From Antedon mediterranea (taxonomy: Eukaryota > Animalia > Echinodermata): a stretch of 64,000 nucleotides of DNA. Of this stretch, positions 1 through 14,171 are shown in pieces. The DNA lies in contig NC_092674.1 of assembly GCF_964355755.1 (NCBI RefSeq), forward strand, positions 14,508,001 to 14,572,000, given 5' to 3'. The notes under the pieces are model-generated. The model was not told where the DNA came from and did no database searches. It saw only the letters and a program-made list of their open reading frames with translations. Both the position numbers and the translations under genes were made by a program. How positions within the stretch are numbered: position 1 is the stretch's first letter; every line of letters begins with the position of its first letter.

Positions 1-21
1 CTTTTCGTATTTAGCGTATCA

Positions 22-280
22 ATCATTGTCATCATCATCGTCATCATAATCATCAGGCTGTCTCTATCCAATGTTGGATAAATTCCTCCTCCAGAAACTT
101 CTAATTGCTTCTTCCATACGCCATTCTCGTTTTGTTAGTTGGTGATCTCATCTTTCATCTTTTCTTTGTTCCGGCATCTCTTTCTTTTATCATTTCTTGG
201 TTGCTATTATGTGAGCATCTTGGTCCACCTATTAATCGTTAGTTATTGATTTATCCTCCCCATCTCCAAACATCTTCTAT
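22..280 (-). mobile_element. Degraded 3' end of an RTE-like LINE
   Basis: Minus strand reads ...EEFIQHWIETA*, resembling the RTE C-terminal EAFIQQW motif, followed by a (GAT)n tail. Confidence 0.5.
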
Positions 281-2744
281 AATATTATTGATGTCTTTGG
301 GCATATAATGTCAACAAAACTTTAGAATATATGATTTGATTTGAAAATAACTACTGCAATTTTAGTTGATTTGCATTTGATTGTTAACGATTCTATATTG
401 ATTTGTTTGCGAATTGTTCTTATTGGAGAATTGCACAATCGATTGTACTTATTATTGACATATTGATGTTCATAGTGCTACACAATGCATAATGTAACTG
501 GACGTACATGGCTTACATTTTAATATACATTCGGTTATCAATCTGTTAAGTACTATTGTTTTTTTGTCCGTTAATGATATATTGCAGTTGGATAATAAAC
601 ATTTTTTTTTAATTTCACATTTATAACATAGGCCTATGGTCCCACAATATGGATCTTTGTGGTTAATTAATATCTGAGTTTCTATTATTTACCATTTTTA
701 TCAGTCTTTTAAAACTTTTATTTTAGAATTTTACTGCAAACCTTACTTTATAGTCGTCGTCGTGAAAACTGTATGACAAAATCAAATACAACATAATTCT
801 TTGTTGGAACTAATCAACACAATGTAAACACTGTGCACACCATACTTGAAAGTAGGTCTACACACATTTTGACAACAACGTTTTGTTAATAAATTTTCCT
901 ATAATTAGGATTAGGGACTGAATTTAAGAAAAAACATATGCATGAATTGCAAGGGAGCAAACACAAGCAATTGCCTGTACAACATTTATACCGACTGTCG
1001 ACCTATATTCGAAATCAGCAACTGTGAAGCAAAAGAAGCAGCGCCCTCAACATCACTCAACCATTGTTTTCCTGAGCGTCTCGTCATTGTTAACAGTCTA
1101 TGTGTAATCTCATTAACAACCACCGTACATTTTTAAAAGGATAATTATTTATTTTGATTAAATAAAAACAAATAAAAAAAAAATGTCAGACAATGTTGTG
1201 CATTTTCTTTGTATTAGATTTATATTTTAGATTAAAATCATTGTTTACTTCATTGCAATATTTTAATTTCAAATAACCATTTATTTAAATTTAATAAATT
1301 AAATACATTAATATGAAAGCCTCGTCTTACAACGATTGCATCGTAATGATTACCTCGTATTTAGGTTGCTTAATTTTTAGTTGATAATCTAGCTAATTTA
1401 GCCATGCGTTCGTTTATCGTAAGTTTCTCATTTATCAAATGATAAAAACTCTGTACATGTATTGATTTGGGTTCATTCCAGTTATGAAAACAGACGTTTT
1501 AATTCAAGATAATAGTGAATATAGAAACATTCTGTTTCACACCAATTTGAGACTCGATATCAAAATGATAGGTAAAGCACAATGCGAGGTTCATCTGTAG
1601 ATTACTGAAAGTGTTTCCCCAATTATAATGGAAATAAGATTGTATATCAAATACGCCGTTGGGCTTTAGTTATTTCTTAATAACTCTTAAGATATTATTA
1701 TTTTAGTGCTTGTATCTGTTTAACACTGAACCGATATTCTTTCAATCTTTGTACTGTATACATGGTCGTATAGAAGTAAGTTATTTGGTTCAATCTGATG
1801 TGGCATACACTTTTAACACTGCAGTTGTCAGTTCCATTATGGACGTTTTAAATTTATTTCAAATTGTCGTTTACCAATGAATGCATTATGCAACTGTGCA
1901 TCAATCTGAGTTATGCAATATCAATGCAAATTCGTAATCGGATTTACTTGGAACATCAGGTTCAATCTACACAAAGATTTGTTTCTTCTCTCTGATAGGA
2001 ACAAGTTGGCTATCCTGTGGAGCTCGTGCTCAATTTGAATTTCATAGCTCATTTATATTTACTTATCATACCAAATGGTTTTTGTATTAGACAATGAGTG
2101 GCGGGTTCTAGGCTATACTGATGTAAAATAATAAATAATTGCGTAGGCGTGAGACAAGATGTGAACTTCCAACTACCCACAGCAGACATATAATTTGACA
2201 ATCAAAACTTTAATTAACAAACGTTTACCAAATTTAACCTTTTTTATATGAGTTTCTTAATGAATTATATTATTAAACATTGATACTGCATATATTTACT
2301 TTTATGTGAGTTTAAAAGTATTATCAACATCCAATTTTAAATGAACCTATACATTTAAAGCAGTTACTCCGGATATAAATATTTTTTGTACTGCTTTATT
2401 TTAATATCATGTACTGTACTGTCAGCATAATTTGCATATAATTGTCACCAAAGTTCACCTTACATGTAAAGATTGACGTATCATTCGAACTTCAATGTTC
2501 AATTATGCTAATGTATTTGGTCTCTAATTAGTAAATTGTCTTCGAAGTTATATTTGCTCACTTGTCATTTCTTTTTTTAACATGAAAATATTTTCACCTT
2601 GCGAATTAACAAACAATAAGTATAGTATCTATTCATGATGCATATTTGCTAACAATTTGGTATAAACGATTCTTATTGACATTTAGATTTAGAAGTCAAT
2701 ACCCAAAATACATTCTTGTGTTCAAGATGGTTGTGTTGTGTATA

Positions 2745-2862
<118 letters not shown>

Positions 2863-4109
2863 GCAATTAGCAATAGAAGAAATACCGGTACCGTAACAAC
2901 ATTTGGAACAAAATAATTATACCTAATAAAATACAGTTGAGCACATCGATGTCGGCACTAAGGGATAAACTTAACATATCAAAAGCTCGATTACCTTTAT
3001 GACATTTAATAAATTTAAACTGCATGGCTTGTTAATAGTCTAGAACACTATATTCTATTAAAGTTGACAGCAAGTATACTTTCGTTTCATTTCAGCAAGT
3101 CCTTTGATGAAAAAAAGTTTATGTAGGCTTCCGAATGGATTGTATATCGCTTGGTCAATATTTTTGGTTTTATCACTTTTATTAATTCAATTAAAAGGTA
3201 GATCCGGGTTTTAACATGGATAATTATTATAAGATATAAATATTTGAAAATATTGATAATAACCCCACATAATATGTTTCGTAAAGCAGAACGAGCATCG
3301 TAAAGTAAGCTCTATGGATTTTACTGGTTTTTCTTTGTAAAATTGATTGTTATTTCCACATGCTTCAAAATTACATACATGTTGTTGAATTTTGTATATC
3401 AGTTTATATTAACCACCTTCAAAATGGGCTTATTTCACGCCGCTCTGCTTTACCTCTGGCGAAAACATGTTGCTACAAATGTTTATAATTGCCATTATAA
3501 ACCTGGAGTTACCATTTATTGTTTTCAGAGTAACAACCAAATAAAAAAAAACAATACACAAAACAAGATAATTCACATCATTACAATCAATCAGTCTAAA
3601 GAACGAATTCAGGAATGATTCATTGTGTTTATTGTCATTAACGTAAATGTAATCATCATAATTATATTACAATATCCATACATCTTTATAACTCATCAAA
3701 TCAGAGGAATAATGTAACTTTTTTAAGAAAACATCCATAATCTGTCATTTCTCAGCTTTCTTCCTCCACAATATGTCATTATTTAGTACGTAATTTGCGC
3801 CTCATGTCTGCCGTATAATTTTCGTATTTGTAATCCGAATGTTCTTATAGTTAATAATATCGATGGCCGATTTGAAACTATTTGCCATACAGAATTACCA
3901 TCGTTTTAATATTCCTACCACACTATGTACGTAGCTTAAATACACTTTTTTACTGGGCGTTAAAATACTGTACCGTACATATATTTTGTTATAAAAGTAT
4001 TGTCATTGTGTTTTACTGATGTTACGTCTATGCACAATAACTGAAATATGTGTAACAAAAAAAAGCTAAATTACCTTATTCAGATACTATGTTTCTATAA
4101 TGTAATTTA

Positions 4110-4245
4110 AGTTTGATTCCCACTAGGGCACAACGCAATGACGTAGACGCAAGGCATGCAAGTTGACCAAACAAAACAAAACTTGTGGTTGGTAAAATCA
4201 CTCGCTTACGTCCGTCGTGTGTTGCGACCTAGTGTGAACAAAGCA
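4110..4245. mobile_element. Degraded PIF/Harbinger-type MITE
   Basis: Imperfect TIRs gtttgattcccactag ... ctagtgtgaacaaagc with TTA/TAA-like flanks; a related fragment lies near 43010-43100. Confidence 0.5.
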
Positions 4246-4748
4246 TTATGAAGATGGTAACATGCATTATATTTTAGGTCAGATATTTAATTTGCCATAT
4301 GGTTTTTTAAACTGAATTTAGGAATTAGGAATTCACAATTTACCATCGTGAGATGCCGTTGTGGAAGCAGATCATCAAAACGTGTAATATTTTCGATATT
4401 GTCGACGTCATTGTCATAAATCAGTAATCTTTTCAATAAATGTAATAAAACAAACAACATAAGCATCCGATTAAAATGAAAAATACGGATAATATGAAAA
4501 CGAAAATCTTTAAAAACTCATTCCTAACCATGCCATTCGGAATAGAAATTGGTTTTGGAAAATTACGTATTGTTGGTAATTTAGTATGATTTATACTTTA
4601 CGGCTTTCTTGTATATCAATTGTTATTTTGTATGTATTTTCTTACCAAATTAAAATTCAATATAGTATAGCCAAACAGGATACAATAAAGTGAATAAAAG
4701 TAATAAAGATTTGAGCAGTCCAAATATCAGTAGGCTAAATACTTACCA

Positions 4749-5168
4749 CGTAGGTTCTCGTCATTGGTATCATTGCTTATCGTAGGTTCTCGTCATTGGT
4801 ATCATTGCTTATCGTAGGTTCTCGTCATTGGTATCATTGCTTATCGTAGGTTCTCGTCATTGGTATCATTGCTTATCGTAGGTTCTCGTCATTGGTATCA
4901 TTGCTTATCGTAGGTTCTCGTCATTGGTATCATTGCTTATCGTAGGTTCTCGTCATTGGTATCATTGCTTATCGTAGGTTCTCGTCATTGGTATCATTGC
5001 TTATCGTAGGTTCTCGTCATTGGTATCATTGCTTATCGTAGGTTCTCGTCATTGGTATCATTGCTTATCGTAGGTTCTCGTCATTGGTATCATTGCTTAT
5101 CGTAGGTTCTCGTCATTGGTATCATTGCTTATCGTAGGTTCTCGTCATTGGTATCATTGCTTATCGTA
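4749..5168. repeat. 32-bp minisatellite, 13 identical copies
   Basis: Unit cgtaggttctcgtcattggtatcattgcttat, with no spacers and no variants seen. Confidence 0.98.
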
Positions 5169-5634
5169 ATCGTCGACATTTGTTTTACAGTTAGTTTCAC
5201 ATAACTCATTCTTCTATTCCTCTATACTGACATTGGTATTTAATAATTATATTATATTTAATATACAATAAATACACAGTTAAAACCCTTCACCAAAACA
5301 ATAAGAACAAACATAAGTGATTTAGGCGATTCATCTAATATTATACTCATTTTGTAATAAATATTTTTTTTTCATCTACTATTTGTTTAATTCATCTCAT
5401 TCAATTGAAGTAATTTCGATTTTTTTTCGATAACTATCATAAAATAACATAGTTTGAAATATTCATCATTTTAAAAATCCAATGCCATAAACATTTAATT
5501 AATTCTTTCTTCTTCCTTTTTTTTAAAAAGAAAGTACAATAAAATGTTTAGATATATTCTATCGTTTGAAAAAAATCTATTGAATCGAAAAATATTATTT
5601 TTTGTTGATGTGTTTCTTAATTTCACTTAAAATT

Positions 5635-5887
5635 TTAAAAACTCCCATTATTAATTTCACTAAGAATGAAACCATTAAAAGTACAGTAACAAAAGCCATC
5701 GCTATATATACCATATTGTAGGGATGGACCTAGTCTTAACCACACGCGGTCACCCATTGCTAGCTCTAAAACTATGCTCTGACTTTCCATCACATTTCGA
5801 TCACTTTTTTCACTGTATATAGCCGTCTTGTGATCGCCATTTTGCATTAATTGTACTGCCAAAAATTTATCATCTTGTGTCCGTAAC
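5635..5887 (-). CDS. C1q-domain gene 1, coding exon 3: C-terminal half of gC1q
   Basis: tttag|G TTA CGG reads LRTQDDKFLAVQLMQNG...RNVMESQSIVLELAMGDRVWLRLGP...TFNGFIL, the canonical gC1q motifs (SQS, GDxVWL, TFxGF). Confidence 0.93.
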
Positions 5888-6041
5888 CTAAAGTAGTCAA
5901 TAAGAAATTATAAAATATCAAAAAATAAATAGTTTTAATTAACGTTGCTCTATCACACACGAAAGAGCGAGAGAAAGGGGAAAACACATTACACTATGTA
6001 GTATGCATAATGCAAAATACTATAATATTTTCTGCAGTTAA

Positions 6042-6948
6042 TAGTAGAGGAGCCTCTAAAAAATGGGATGCTTGGTCAATACAGGGGCCAAAAGGTCAAC
6101 ATGGTCAAAGTTAAGACTGTGTGTAACTTGGTAACTATTGGGTGTATCGGAATATTTGTTGTGCCAAACTACTCAGAAGACCCATTTCCATTCATTCTAA
6201 TGGGCAACTTTTGCCAAAAGTGGACATATGAATATCAGAAAGTGATAATGGTGGTCTGAAATTACTCGCAAAGTATATGTTTATATTTGTTCTAATGTAA
6301 TAGATATCATAAACTGTCAATAAACCCCTAATTCTGACCTTTGACATATAGCCGGCACAAACATTTGGAGCACACACAAAGTTGAGCGGATATGGTCGTA
6401 GTTGGTGTCAAAATATTCAGAAGATACTTATTTCATATATTAACAACTTTAATGGACAACTTTTGCCACAAATGACCGTGAAACCATTGGTTAAGAAAAT
6501 AGCCATATCAATATCTCAGCAACCACTAGACAGAAAGTTATAATTTTAGTCTCAAATTACTTGCAAAATATATATTTATATTTATACTTTGCAAGGATAT
6601 TGAGACCATAATTATTACTTTCTGACCAGTGGTTGCTGAGATATTCATATGGCCAATTTCTTGACCACGGTTTAGAAAAGGGGGTTCCGTCCACTTTTGA
6701 CAAAAGTGTCCGATTAGAGTGAATAGAAATATGGGTCTTCGGAGTAGTGGGCACAAAAAATATTCCAATACATCCAGTTACGCAAAGTCTTAACGTTGAC
6801 CATATTGGCCCCTGTACTGACAAAGCATCCCATTTTTTTTTTCGGCCAACAGCAAAAATTGATTTGTATTGATATAAGGAAGCAAAAATACATTGTTGGC
6901 ATAGTTTTATATAGAGGGTGCAGGAACCCCTTTCTGGCTCCACAACTA
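6042..6948. mobile_element. Foldback-type non-autonomous DNA transposon in gene 1 intron
   Basis: 6058-6225 is an inverted copy of about 6688-6838; inner inverted arms at about 6480-6570 and 6590-6670; termini tagtagaggagcc / ggctccacaacta. Confidence 0.7.
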
Positions 6949-7511
6949 TAAGTCCTGTCCGCGATACTTCTGGTAAGCAAACGCATTTATAAACGAATGT
7001 TTACTTAAAATTATGTATTTCCCATCGTACGCGGAATTCGCGAGCGCTGTGTTGGAAAGTAGGTGCTTGTAAGCCTCGAGGTTAGTGCATGTTGCAAACA
7101 CTGCTGGCCTGGATCGATTATACTATTATGACTTATTTTCAGTACGGTAGTTCTAAAGCAGAAGCCTACCACAGTCCAGGCCTGGTTTTAAAGGGATTTA
7201 GTCCAGCAGCCAAATGCCTATTTTTTCCATAACCTTGCAATGTTTTCTATAGTTTTTTTTTTGGTTTTTGATGGATTTTTATTCTTGGTAGAATGAAAAA
7301 TTTTTTTACATTTGCATAATTAGCATAAACAAATTGGCCACTATTATAATACAAATTGCTATATCTCTGGAAATAATGGACGTACAGGTATTTAGATAAG
7401 TTTGGTGTCAAAATTTTCACAACGTTTATGTTTATATTATTAGATCTAATAGAACAGTTTTTTAAAATTTACCGGAAACCCCATTTTCAGCAATGTTGAC
7501 CTTTGACCTTC

Positions 7512-8237
7512 CTCAACGTTTGTATTAATTAATAATTATAAAAAATAAACGTCGTAGAGGTGTCAGTAATCTACCCACAGTCACAGTAATAAATGTTCTT
7601 TGTATATTTTGTTTATATATCTAACAGTAACCACATTCACAGTAAGACAATTTCGATTCAAATGCCGACCAAAAATGGTTAATAAAGCGTACAGTATTTA
7701 CAATATTGTCAAAGTATTGCAATACTATATATAAGTTTTATTCTCCAAGGGCCCATAAATTTACCTACAAACTGGGATTTTGATAGATTGGAATGTTCCA
7801 TTCATCGCAAATCTATACATTTCTTTAGACGTATATTAAATCTATTTAAAAGAAAATCGGCCTGTCTTCAACATTATGATACTGTACTCGAGCTGTTCAA
7901 CCGGTTTTCAGCTATTAAAAACAATTATCGTAGGAGGAGATAGGAAAATGCGAAGCATCCTCGTATTATTGTGTGCAGGTATTTTTCATGAGGACATCCA
8001 TTAGACAGTGTATACCACGATCAGAAAACACCCCTATTTGGGGCAAATCGTTGAACCTAAATTCGTTTTAATTGTCAATAACTAATTATCTAACTAAATT
8101 TAATTAGTAAACAGGGTTACATCAGGTGGTTAAAATCAGTACCGAGATTCTAACCAACGTTATATACCATCGAGTAAACATTTTAGAAATAACGCGCGAT
8201 TTACCGAATTTTGCCCTTACGTAAATTTATATATAGA
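7512..8237 (-). repeat. Dispersed repeat, copy A (inverted relative to 14172-14940)
   Basis: For example gcgcgatttaccgaattttgcccttacgtaaatttatatataga (about 8195-8237) is the reverse complement of the start of copy B. Confidence 0.9.
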
Positions 8238-9304
8238 AGCACTGACCCTGGTGTTTAATTACTTAAAGCAATACATTCGATATGAGTTCCTTAAGGATCA
8301 AGAGTGCACGGGCAGCTTTATTCCATGAACCCACAGTGTCACCCCTTATATTTCCAGTATGGGGCTTTATGTAGCAGCCCCCGCCACATAGTCAATGTCC
8401 ATGGAGGACAGGCCCTTGGGTTAATTTAGGCAAATCCATAAATGTTTCTTAAGGATTGAGAGTGCATAAGGAGATTTATTCCATTGACTCTCTATGACCC
8501 TACATTTTCACCCATATATAGAATTTCCAGTATAGGGTATCTTGTAGCCCCACATAGATAACCCTGAAAGGTTCATGAAGGATCGGCCCTTGGTTTCATT
8601 TGGGGAAAATCCATAAATGTTCTTTAAAGATCAAGGGTGCACATTTAGTTTTATTGCATATAGTTCAGTCTATGAACTATACCCCATAATAATTTATAAT
8701 ACAGGACCTTATGTAGCTCACCACATAGAGCTCACGAAAGGTTCATTCGGGCAAATCCATATCGGTTATTTTAGAATCCTATGTGTAGCCTACAGGTAAC
8801 ATTTTTTTCTGTATGGGCCAGCCTATTGAGACCAAAAATGTTTGACCCATTAAATTACAGAGCCGCTATGGCCCATAGAAAATATATCATAAGGATCCCA
8901 TGGCATGTGAGATTATTCGGAAAAACTTTATAGGTTCCTTCATAAGGAGAAGGCAACCTTTACTGTACAGCATTCGTGTTTCGTGTTATGGGTCGTCCAA
9001 TTCTAGGTCGTCCAATTCGAGGTCGCCCGGGTCGTTGGGGTCGTCCAATTCGAGGTCGTCGCTTTCTACACACCCTGTTCCAAATATCAATTCAGTGAGA
9101 TTTTAATGCTCAAGTTAAGTTCTTGGCAGTTTTGAAATCCTTGGGACTAGTAAAATTCATTGCAACTGGGGGCCAATTTTCCCGACCCTATTTTGGCCGC
9201 CATCTTGGATTTCAAAATGGCTCCTATTTTTTTACTCAAAACTGATAGTAGCTCCTATTTTAAGCCACGTACCAACGTAATTTGTGTGAAAAATCTTACA
9301 ATGT

Positions 9305-9405
9305 TATGATAAATCAGTCCAATGGTATAATTTATAATAATAGCATCAAATTATGGCTGCCATATGCAATTATTATAAATTGTACCATTGGACTGATTTA
9401 TCATA
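9305..9405. repeat. Long hairpin with 42-bp arms and 2 mismatches
   Basis: tatgataaatcagtccaatggtataatttataataatagcat ... atgcaattattataaattgtaccattggactgatttatcata. Confidence 0.9.
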
Positions 9406-9997
9406 CTGTAATCTAACAACAAGATGCTGAGCTTGCCTTGCTAAGATAGGACCTTGTAACAGACGTTTGATCCTATGATTGGCTGCGACAAATTCAGTAA
9501 ATTATTCAAACAATTGAGGTAGCCAACTGGCCAATCATAAATAAGTCAAACTTTAGGGGGAGTGGAAAATATCGCAAACACGCATAAAAATTTCGATCTA
9601 ACAGACCTCAGCATCCCTTTTTTTTTTCAGATTACCTTGAATCAATGAAATCAAATTTTGTTGAACACTTAAACTTAAAATGCGATTCCACTTTTAACTG
9701 ATGTTTTTTAATAATGTTTAACATGAATTTTCTCAGTCAAACAAGTTTTTAATCATTATTTTCTCCCATTCTCATTTAGAGCCTATGTCTAAAAAGCTGT
9801 ATGGATTGGTTCGCACGTTCAGGTTGTCATTACGTCTATATCGTTTGACCACCCGACGAGACAAAAGAATGACACACATTGTAATAATGTAGTTTTCATG
9901 ACAGCCAGAAATTTCATCGACTGCTAGTTGAGTAAGGAAATCAATAATACTTTGATAATAACGTGTTTCAAACATACAAAGTAAACTCATATTCTAA

Positions 9998-10124
9998 AGC
10001 TCTATCTACACTATTAAATCAAAAGGTGATGTGCTCATATATGGACATGATGATGTCATATCACTACCATATTTAGGCACATCAAACTTTTTTGCAAGCT
10101 AGGTTGATAGTGTTTAACAGAGCT
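9998..10124. mobile_element. PIF/Harbinger-type MITE
   Basis: TAA then agctctatctacactat ... atagtgtttaacagagct; internal palindromic gatgtgctcatatatgg / ccatatttaggcacatc. Confidence 0.6.
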
Positions 10125-10944
10125 TTCGAAATTGAAATGCCTTAACGTGTACAAATATCGGTAGGCCTATTTTATATGTAGTAAGTATACAAATAAAATC
10201 AATCGACAGAAAATTATATAAATTAATTTAAATTAAATAAATTAAAATACTAAAAGAGCAGAAAGTTATAAATTGATTATCTGATCTTATTTAATGTATA
10301 CTTTAGATAAAATGGTGGTGCAGAATTGTGGTAAATTCTAAATCTGCAATCCAACATCGTAAATATAATATTAATACCAAATGGTTATGATTTGTATAAG
10401 AATTATAACATTATCGTTAGTTTGTACGACTATAGAGAGTGAATGTTGTACTGACGTAATTTATTTCTGAGGTTCTATTGAAAATTGAATGTATTAGTTG
10501 TAGCCTATTTCATTTGATAACATACAAACGATACACGCGAACAGTTCTCAACGCGGTTAAAACGACGATGCGAAAAAGTTGACACGAAATAATTTGCACG
10601 TGGATTGGCAAAACAACTCAATTCAAAATATGAGACGTAGGGATGAATCATTTATGGAGTATTATCTGAGGTTGGTGTGATAAATTAAACCGATGGTATT
10701 ATACAAAAAAAATGCAAACGCATGTAGAGGATATTAGCAGTCAAATTAAAATGTGAATGCAGATTTCCACAAACAAAAATCAGTTTTGGAAGTGAGTCTC
10801 TACCCATTTGGAAGTAAGTATCTACCCATAGACCTAGCTCGTGGTACAAAGCGATTATTTATTCTATTATGAGGATGCTATACAATGGTTATAATAGTAA
10901 CGTACATGGTGCAAAATAAAACAAGTCTGCTATATAATACATAC

Positions 10945-11104
10945 GTGAAGGAGAAGAAATAATATCCAGCTACAGGAGCGACGAACGTGCTGTTACTGTT
11001 CAGGTTACCACCTAAGTTGGTAATGACTTGGTCAAAAGTCACAGTCTGTTCATAATTTTCTCCATTTAGTACATTCGTCCTAGCAGCGGAAAAAACTGAG
11101 TTTC
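10945..11104 (-). CDS. C1q-domain gene 1, coding exon 2: N-terminal half of gC1q (absent from the ORF track)
   Basis: ttgtag|GA AAC TCA GTT TTT TCC GCT GCT AGG reads NSVFSAARTNVLNGENYEQTVTFDQVITNLGGNLNSNSTFVAPVAGYYFFSFT; donor AC|gtatgt (phase 2), as in genes 2 and 3. Confidence 0.93.
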
Positions 11105-11436
11105 CTACAAGTTTAAATGTACAAAAAATTAAAAAAAAATTATGTATTTCTATAATTACCTTTATTCAAATTATGACTGAATGCATACCGCGAATGAAAA
11201 CACACAAAAAAGCGCTGCAGCAAAAAATACGCCGCATCAGCAGTTGGAGGTAAAACGATGTTTTCTACACTCATTAGCTGTAATCTTTATAATAATATAA
11301 AGAACCAAACCATTAATGGTTTCATTATAATGTTCAGCTACCAGGGAATCCAGTTAAATATTGAAGCGCTGTAAGCTTTAACGCAACAGAAACGCATTAT
11401 TGTACTGTATGCAATACCGTTTCCTATTTTACGAAC

Positions 11437-12205
11437 CTGTTACACTATTTCCACTGATTATACCGTTCTGTTTTTCTTTAAGTTTCGGTCCAGGTAGATC
11501 ATCAGTGCTTTTTGAATTTGTTTCTAATGCATCTAATCGACTTTCCAACGTCTTAACATCACCGTCCAGTTTAGAGAAAGATGACAACTTACTGTCGTAA
11601 TTACTTGAGGCATCTTCTTTCCTTTTGTCCGCAGAATTTCTTTTATATTCAATGATTTCTTCCTCTCGATTTCCAATGAATTCACTTAAACTAGGAATTT
11701 TTTTTAGATATTTCAAAGCAGGTGAAGAACATACTCGTTTAAAGTAAACCTCGTAACTCTCCAAGATATTGGTCAATTCATTGATGGCATTTTGTTTGTC
11801 ATCCAATAATATAGTTTGTACAGCATCCAAACGTTCTTTACATTCTTCAGGATCATCTCGATTTCCTTTATATTTTCCAACCAACTCTGCCGCTATGTTT
11901 CCACTATCTTCTGCAAAGCTGCTTCCTTCGTGCTGTGTAGATTCTCTGAGAAAAGTTTCAATATTTGTCAACTTTCCTTCCAATTCTTCATTTATAAGTT
12001 GTAATTTTGTATTTGCTCGAACTACTTCGGCTATTACTTTTTTCATGTCCACTTGGCGTTGCATCAAGATATCATAGTCATTTTGAAGATTGATTAAAAG
12101 AGTTTGATGTTTCTCCAAAAGCTGGAGCTGTAGTGATTCAGAACTAAACGTTTTTGATACACCAATCACTAAGATGACAATAACCAGTGTGTTTATTGGT
12201 GCCAT
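11437..12205 (-). CDS. C1q-domain gene 1, coding exon 1: signal peptide plus coiled-coil stalk
   Basis: ORF MAPINTLVIVILVIGVSKTFS (hydrophobic signal) followed by Leu/Glu/Lys-rich heptads. Acceptor ttgcatttcag ahead of the ATG (exon starts 12232). Phase-1 donor ACAG|gttcgt at 11437; an alternative AACG|gtataa donor lies 27 nt earlier. Joined CDS is 1182 nt, in frame. Confidence 0.88.
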
Positions 12206-14171
12206 CGTTTACTACAAGTGCCGTGTTCAGATCTGAAATGCAATAAGTAGTAACAAATTAATCATTCTAAAGGAAAACATTTATAGTATTGAAAATGTTT
12301 TATTCATGACTGGTCGGTCGAAGAGAATTACATATCGGCGAGGTGCAATCAAATAATTAATCTTTCACGTGAAAAACTCAATCGACGCTACCGATCTTTT
12401 TAGCTTATCTGCATGATTAATTTAATCATCTAGAATTACTTCAAACGACGAATTGTAGAGATTAAAATAGGATTTTATTTTCTTCCGTATGATTTGTTGA
12501 TTATTCATTAGTATAAATGGATGGAATTTAAGTTTAAAAATATATAGTTTGTAAATGATTATCTATTATAGGCACTTTCCACACAAGCTTTTGCTTTTTA
12601 GAAATTGTGCCTCCTTCATAATATTGTTTTATTCATTTTAAAGATGAGAAAAAAAATTGTATTGTTTTAACTATCTTTCTTCTCGTCATGAATTTTGTAT
12701 TATATTATTTATTTTGTATATTATGAAGGAAATAAATGTTACTATGAAATGAAATGAAAAAATTATAGTCTAGAATCTAGATACAGATAGAAGTTCATAT
12801 AGGCCTAATTCAATTTATTATATTTTATGAATTCCTAAAATACAATTAGATAACAATGTTACTAATTATCAATAGTTCTAAACAGAAATGAATTTTTATT
12901 TTGTTTTTTAATTTGAGAGACTGATTATGTTAATAACCTTAACACAAAAAGACCAGTTTAGTGTTGTGTAGGCCAACATCACAAGTATTCGATAACAATC
13001 GCCGTCCCTCAAATAATTTAACTTGTTTGAAATATATTAATGAGCAAAATACGTCATTTTTTATACAGTAAATCAACATGCTATGGAAATTACATATGTT
13101 GGCCAATCGTTATATGAGTCGTTGAAGAAAGTTAACAAATACTATTTCAACGAGTATCTTGTCGTAAAGATAAAATCAGACTTTGAATAGATTATTTTGT
13201 AGCTTTAATAAAGTTAATCATTTCTGTAGAAAAAAACATTGAAAAGATAATCTTTTCACTTATTAAATTACAAAATAACCCATTGGCTGGCAGCCAATTT
13301 TTATATTTTTTTGCTTTAAATTACTTTTTTTAGGTAAATACTTTTGCTCAAAGTGAATAACTATTTGGTGACATTAAAATGGCATATTTAACCAAAAAAA
13401 AGTTTTAAGAATTAATTTTTCAGGGGGACAATACATTTTTAAGTTCTGTAACTTGATTTATATTACATGGAGAAGATATAGGATAGAAGGACAAAAGTAT
13501 AAAACAAATCAATATGGTTACGGTACTATACAAAAATAACATAATAGACTATAAATCTTTTTTTAATCGTTATTGTTCTTATGATGACGTAATTTGATTG
13601 ACATTTTTAAAATTGTAGTTCATTGAAAACAGTATGAATTCTATAGTTGGATGAATCCTTATCTTGTTGTTGTCGTTCGTTATCATCCTAGTATAAACGG
13701 ACCAGATTGTGTAAATACTATCCCGATAATAGAATACAATTTAAGTTTTTTCATCATAAAAGATAACACGTCGGAACTACCTGCTGTTCGAAAAACCCCT
13801 GACATTGGACGGCTTACATAAAAAGGTTAAAGGGTGTGAATCAAATGAAACCTGTTGGGGAAGGGGTGCCTGTATAAAACTTCAATAGTAAACAACTAAG
13901 AAAATGAGCATTATAAAGAGAAATCAAACATTCCAGAGTTTGTTGATTGTTTGCAGAAGACAGTAATAGCTTTCAACAATATTTGACAAGAATGTAAATC
14001 CGTTTATATAATAGAGACGCTATCGATCGTTTATATTGTGTTCTATTTACCATCATTTACACTGTAAATATTTGATAGTCCTACAGATTAGACTGGTGCG
14101 AAGTGACGTATTTTCAGGTATACACTGGCATACTTTGTTACATTGTTGATGAAAACAAACTGAATACTTCA

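Noticed and set aside
4749-5168. 32-bp repeats as a CRISPR array
   Set aside because: Units are contiguous with no spacers, there are no cas genes, and the DNA is eukaryotic.
11400-12077. Plus-strand ORFs over gene 1, and the minus-strand ORF 61841-62119 over gene 3
   Set aside because: Antisense shadows of real coding exons.
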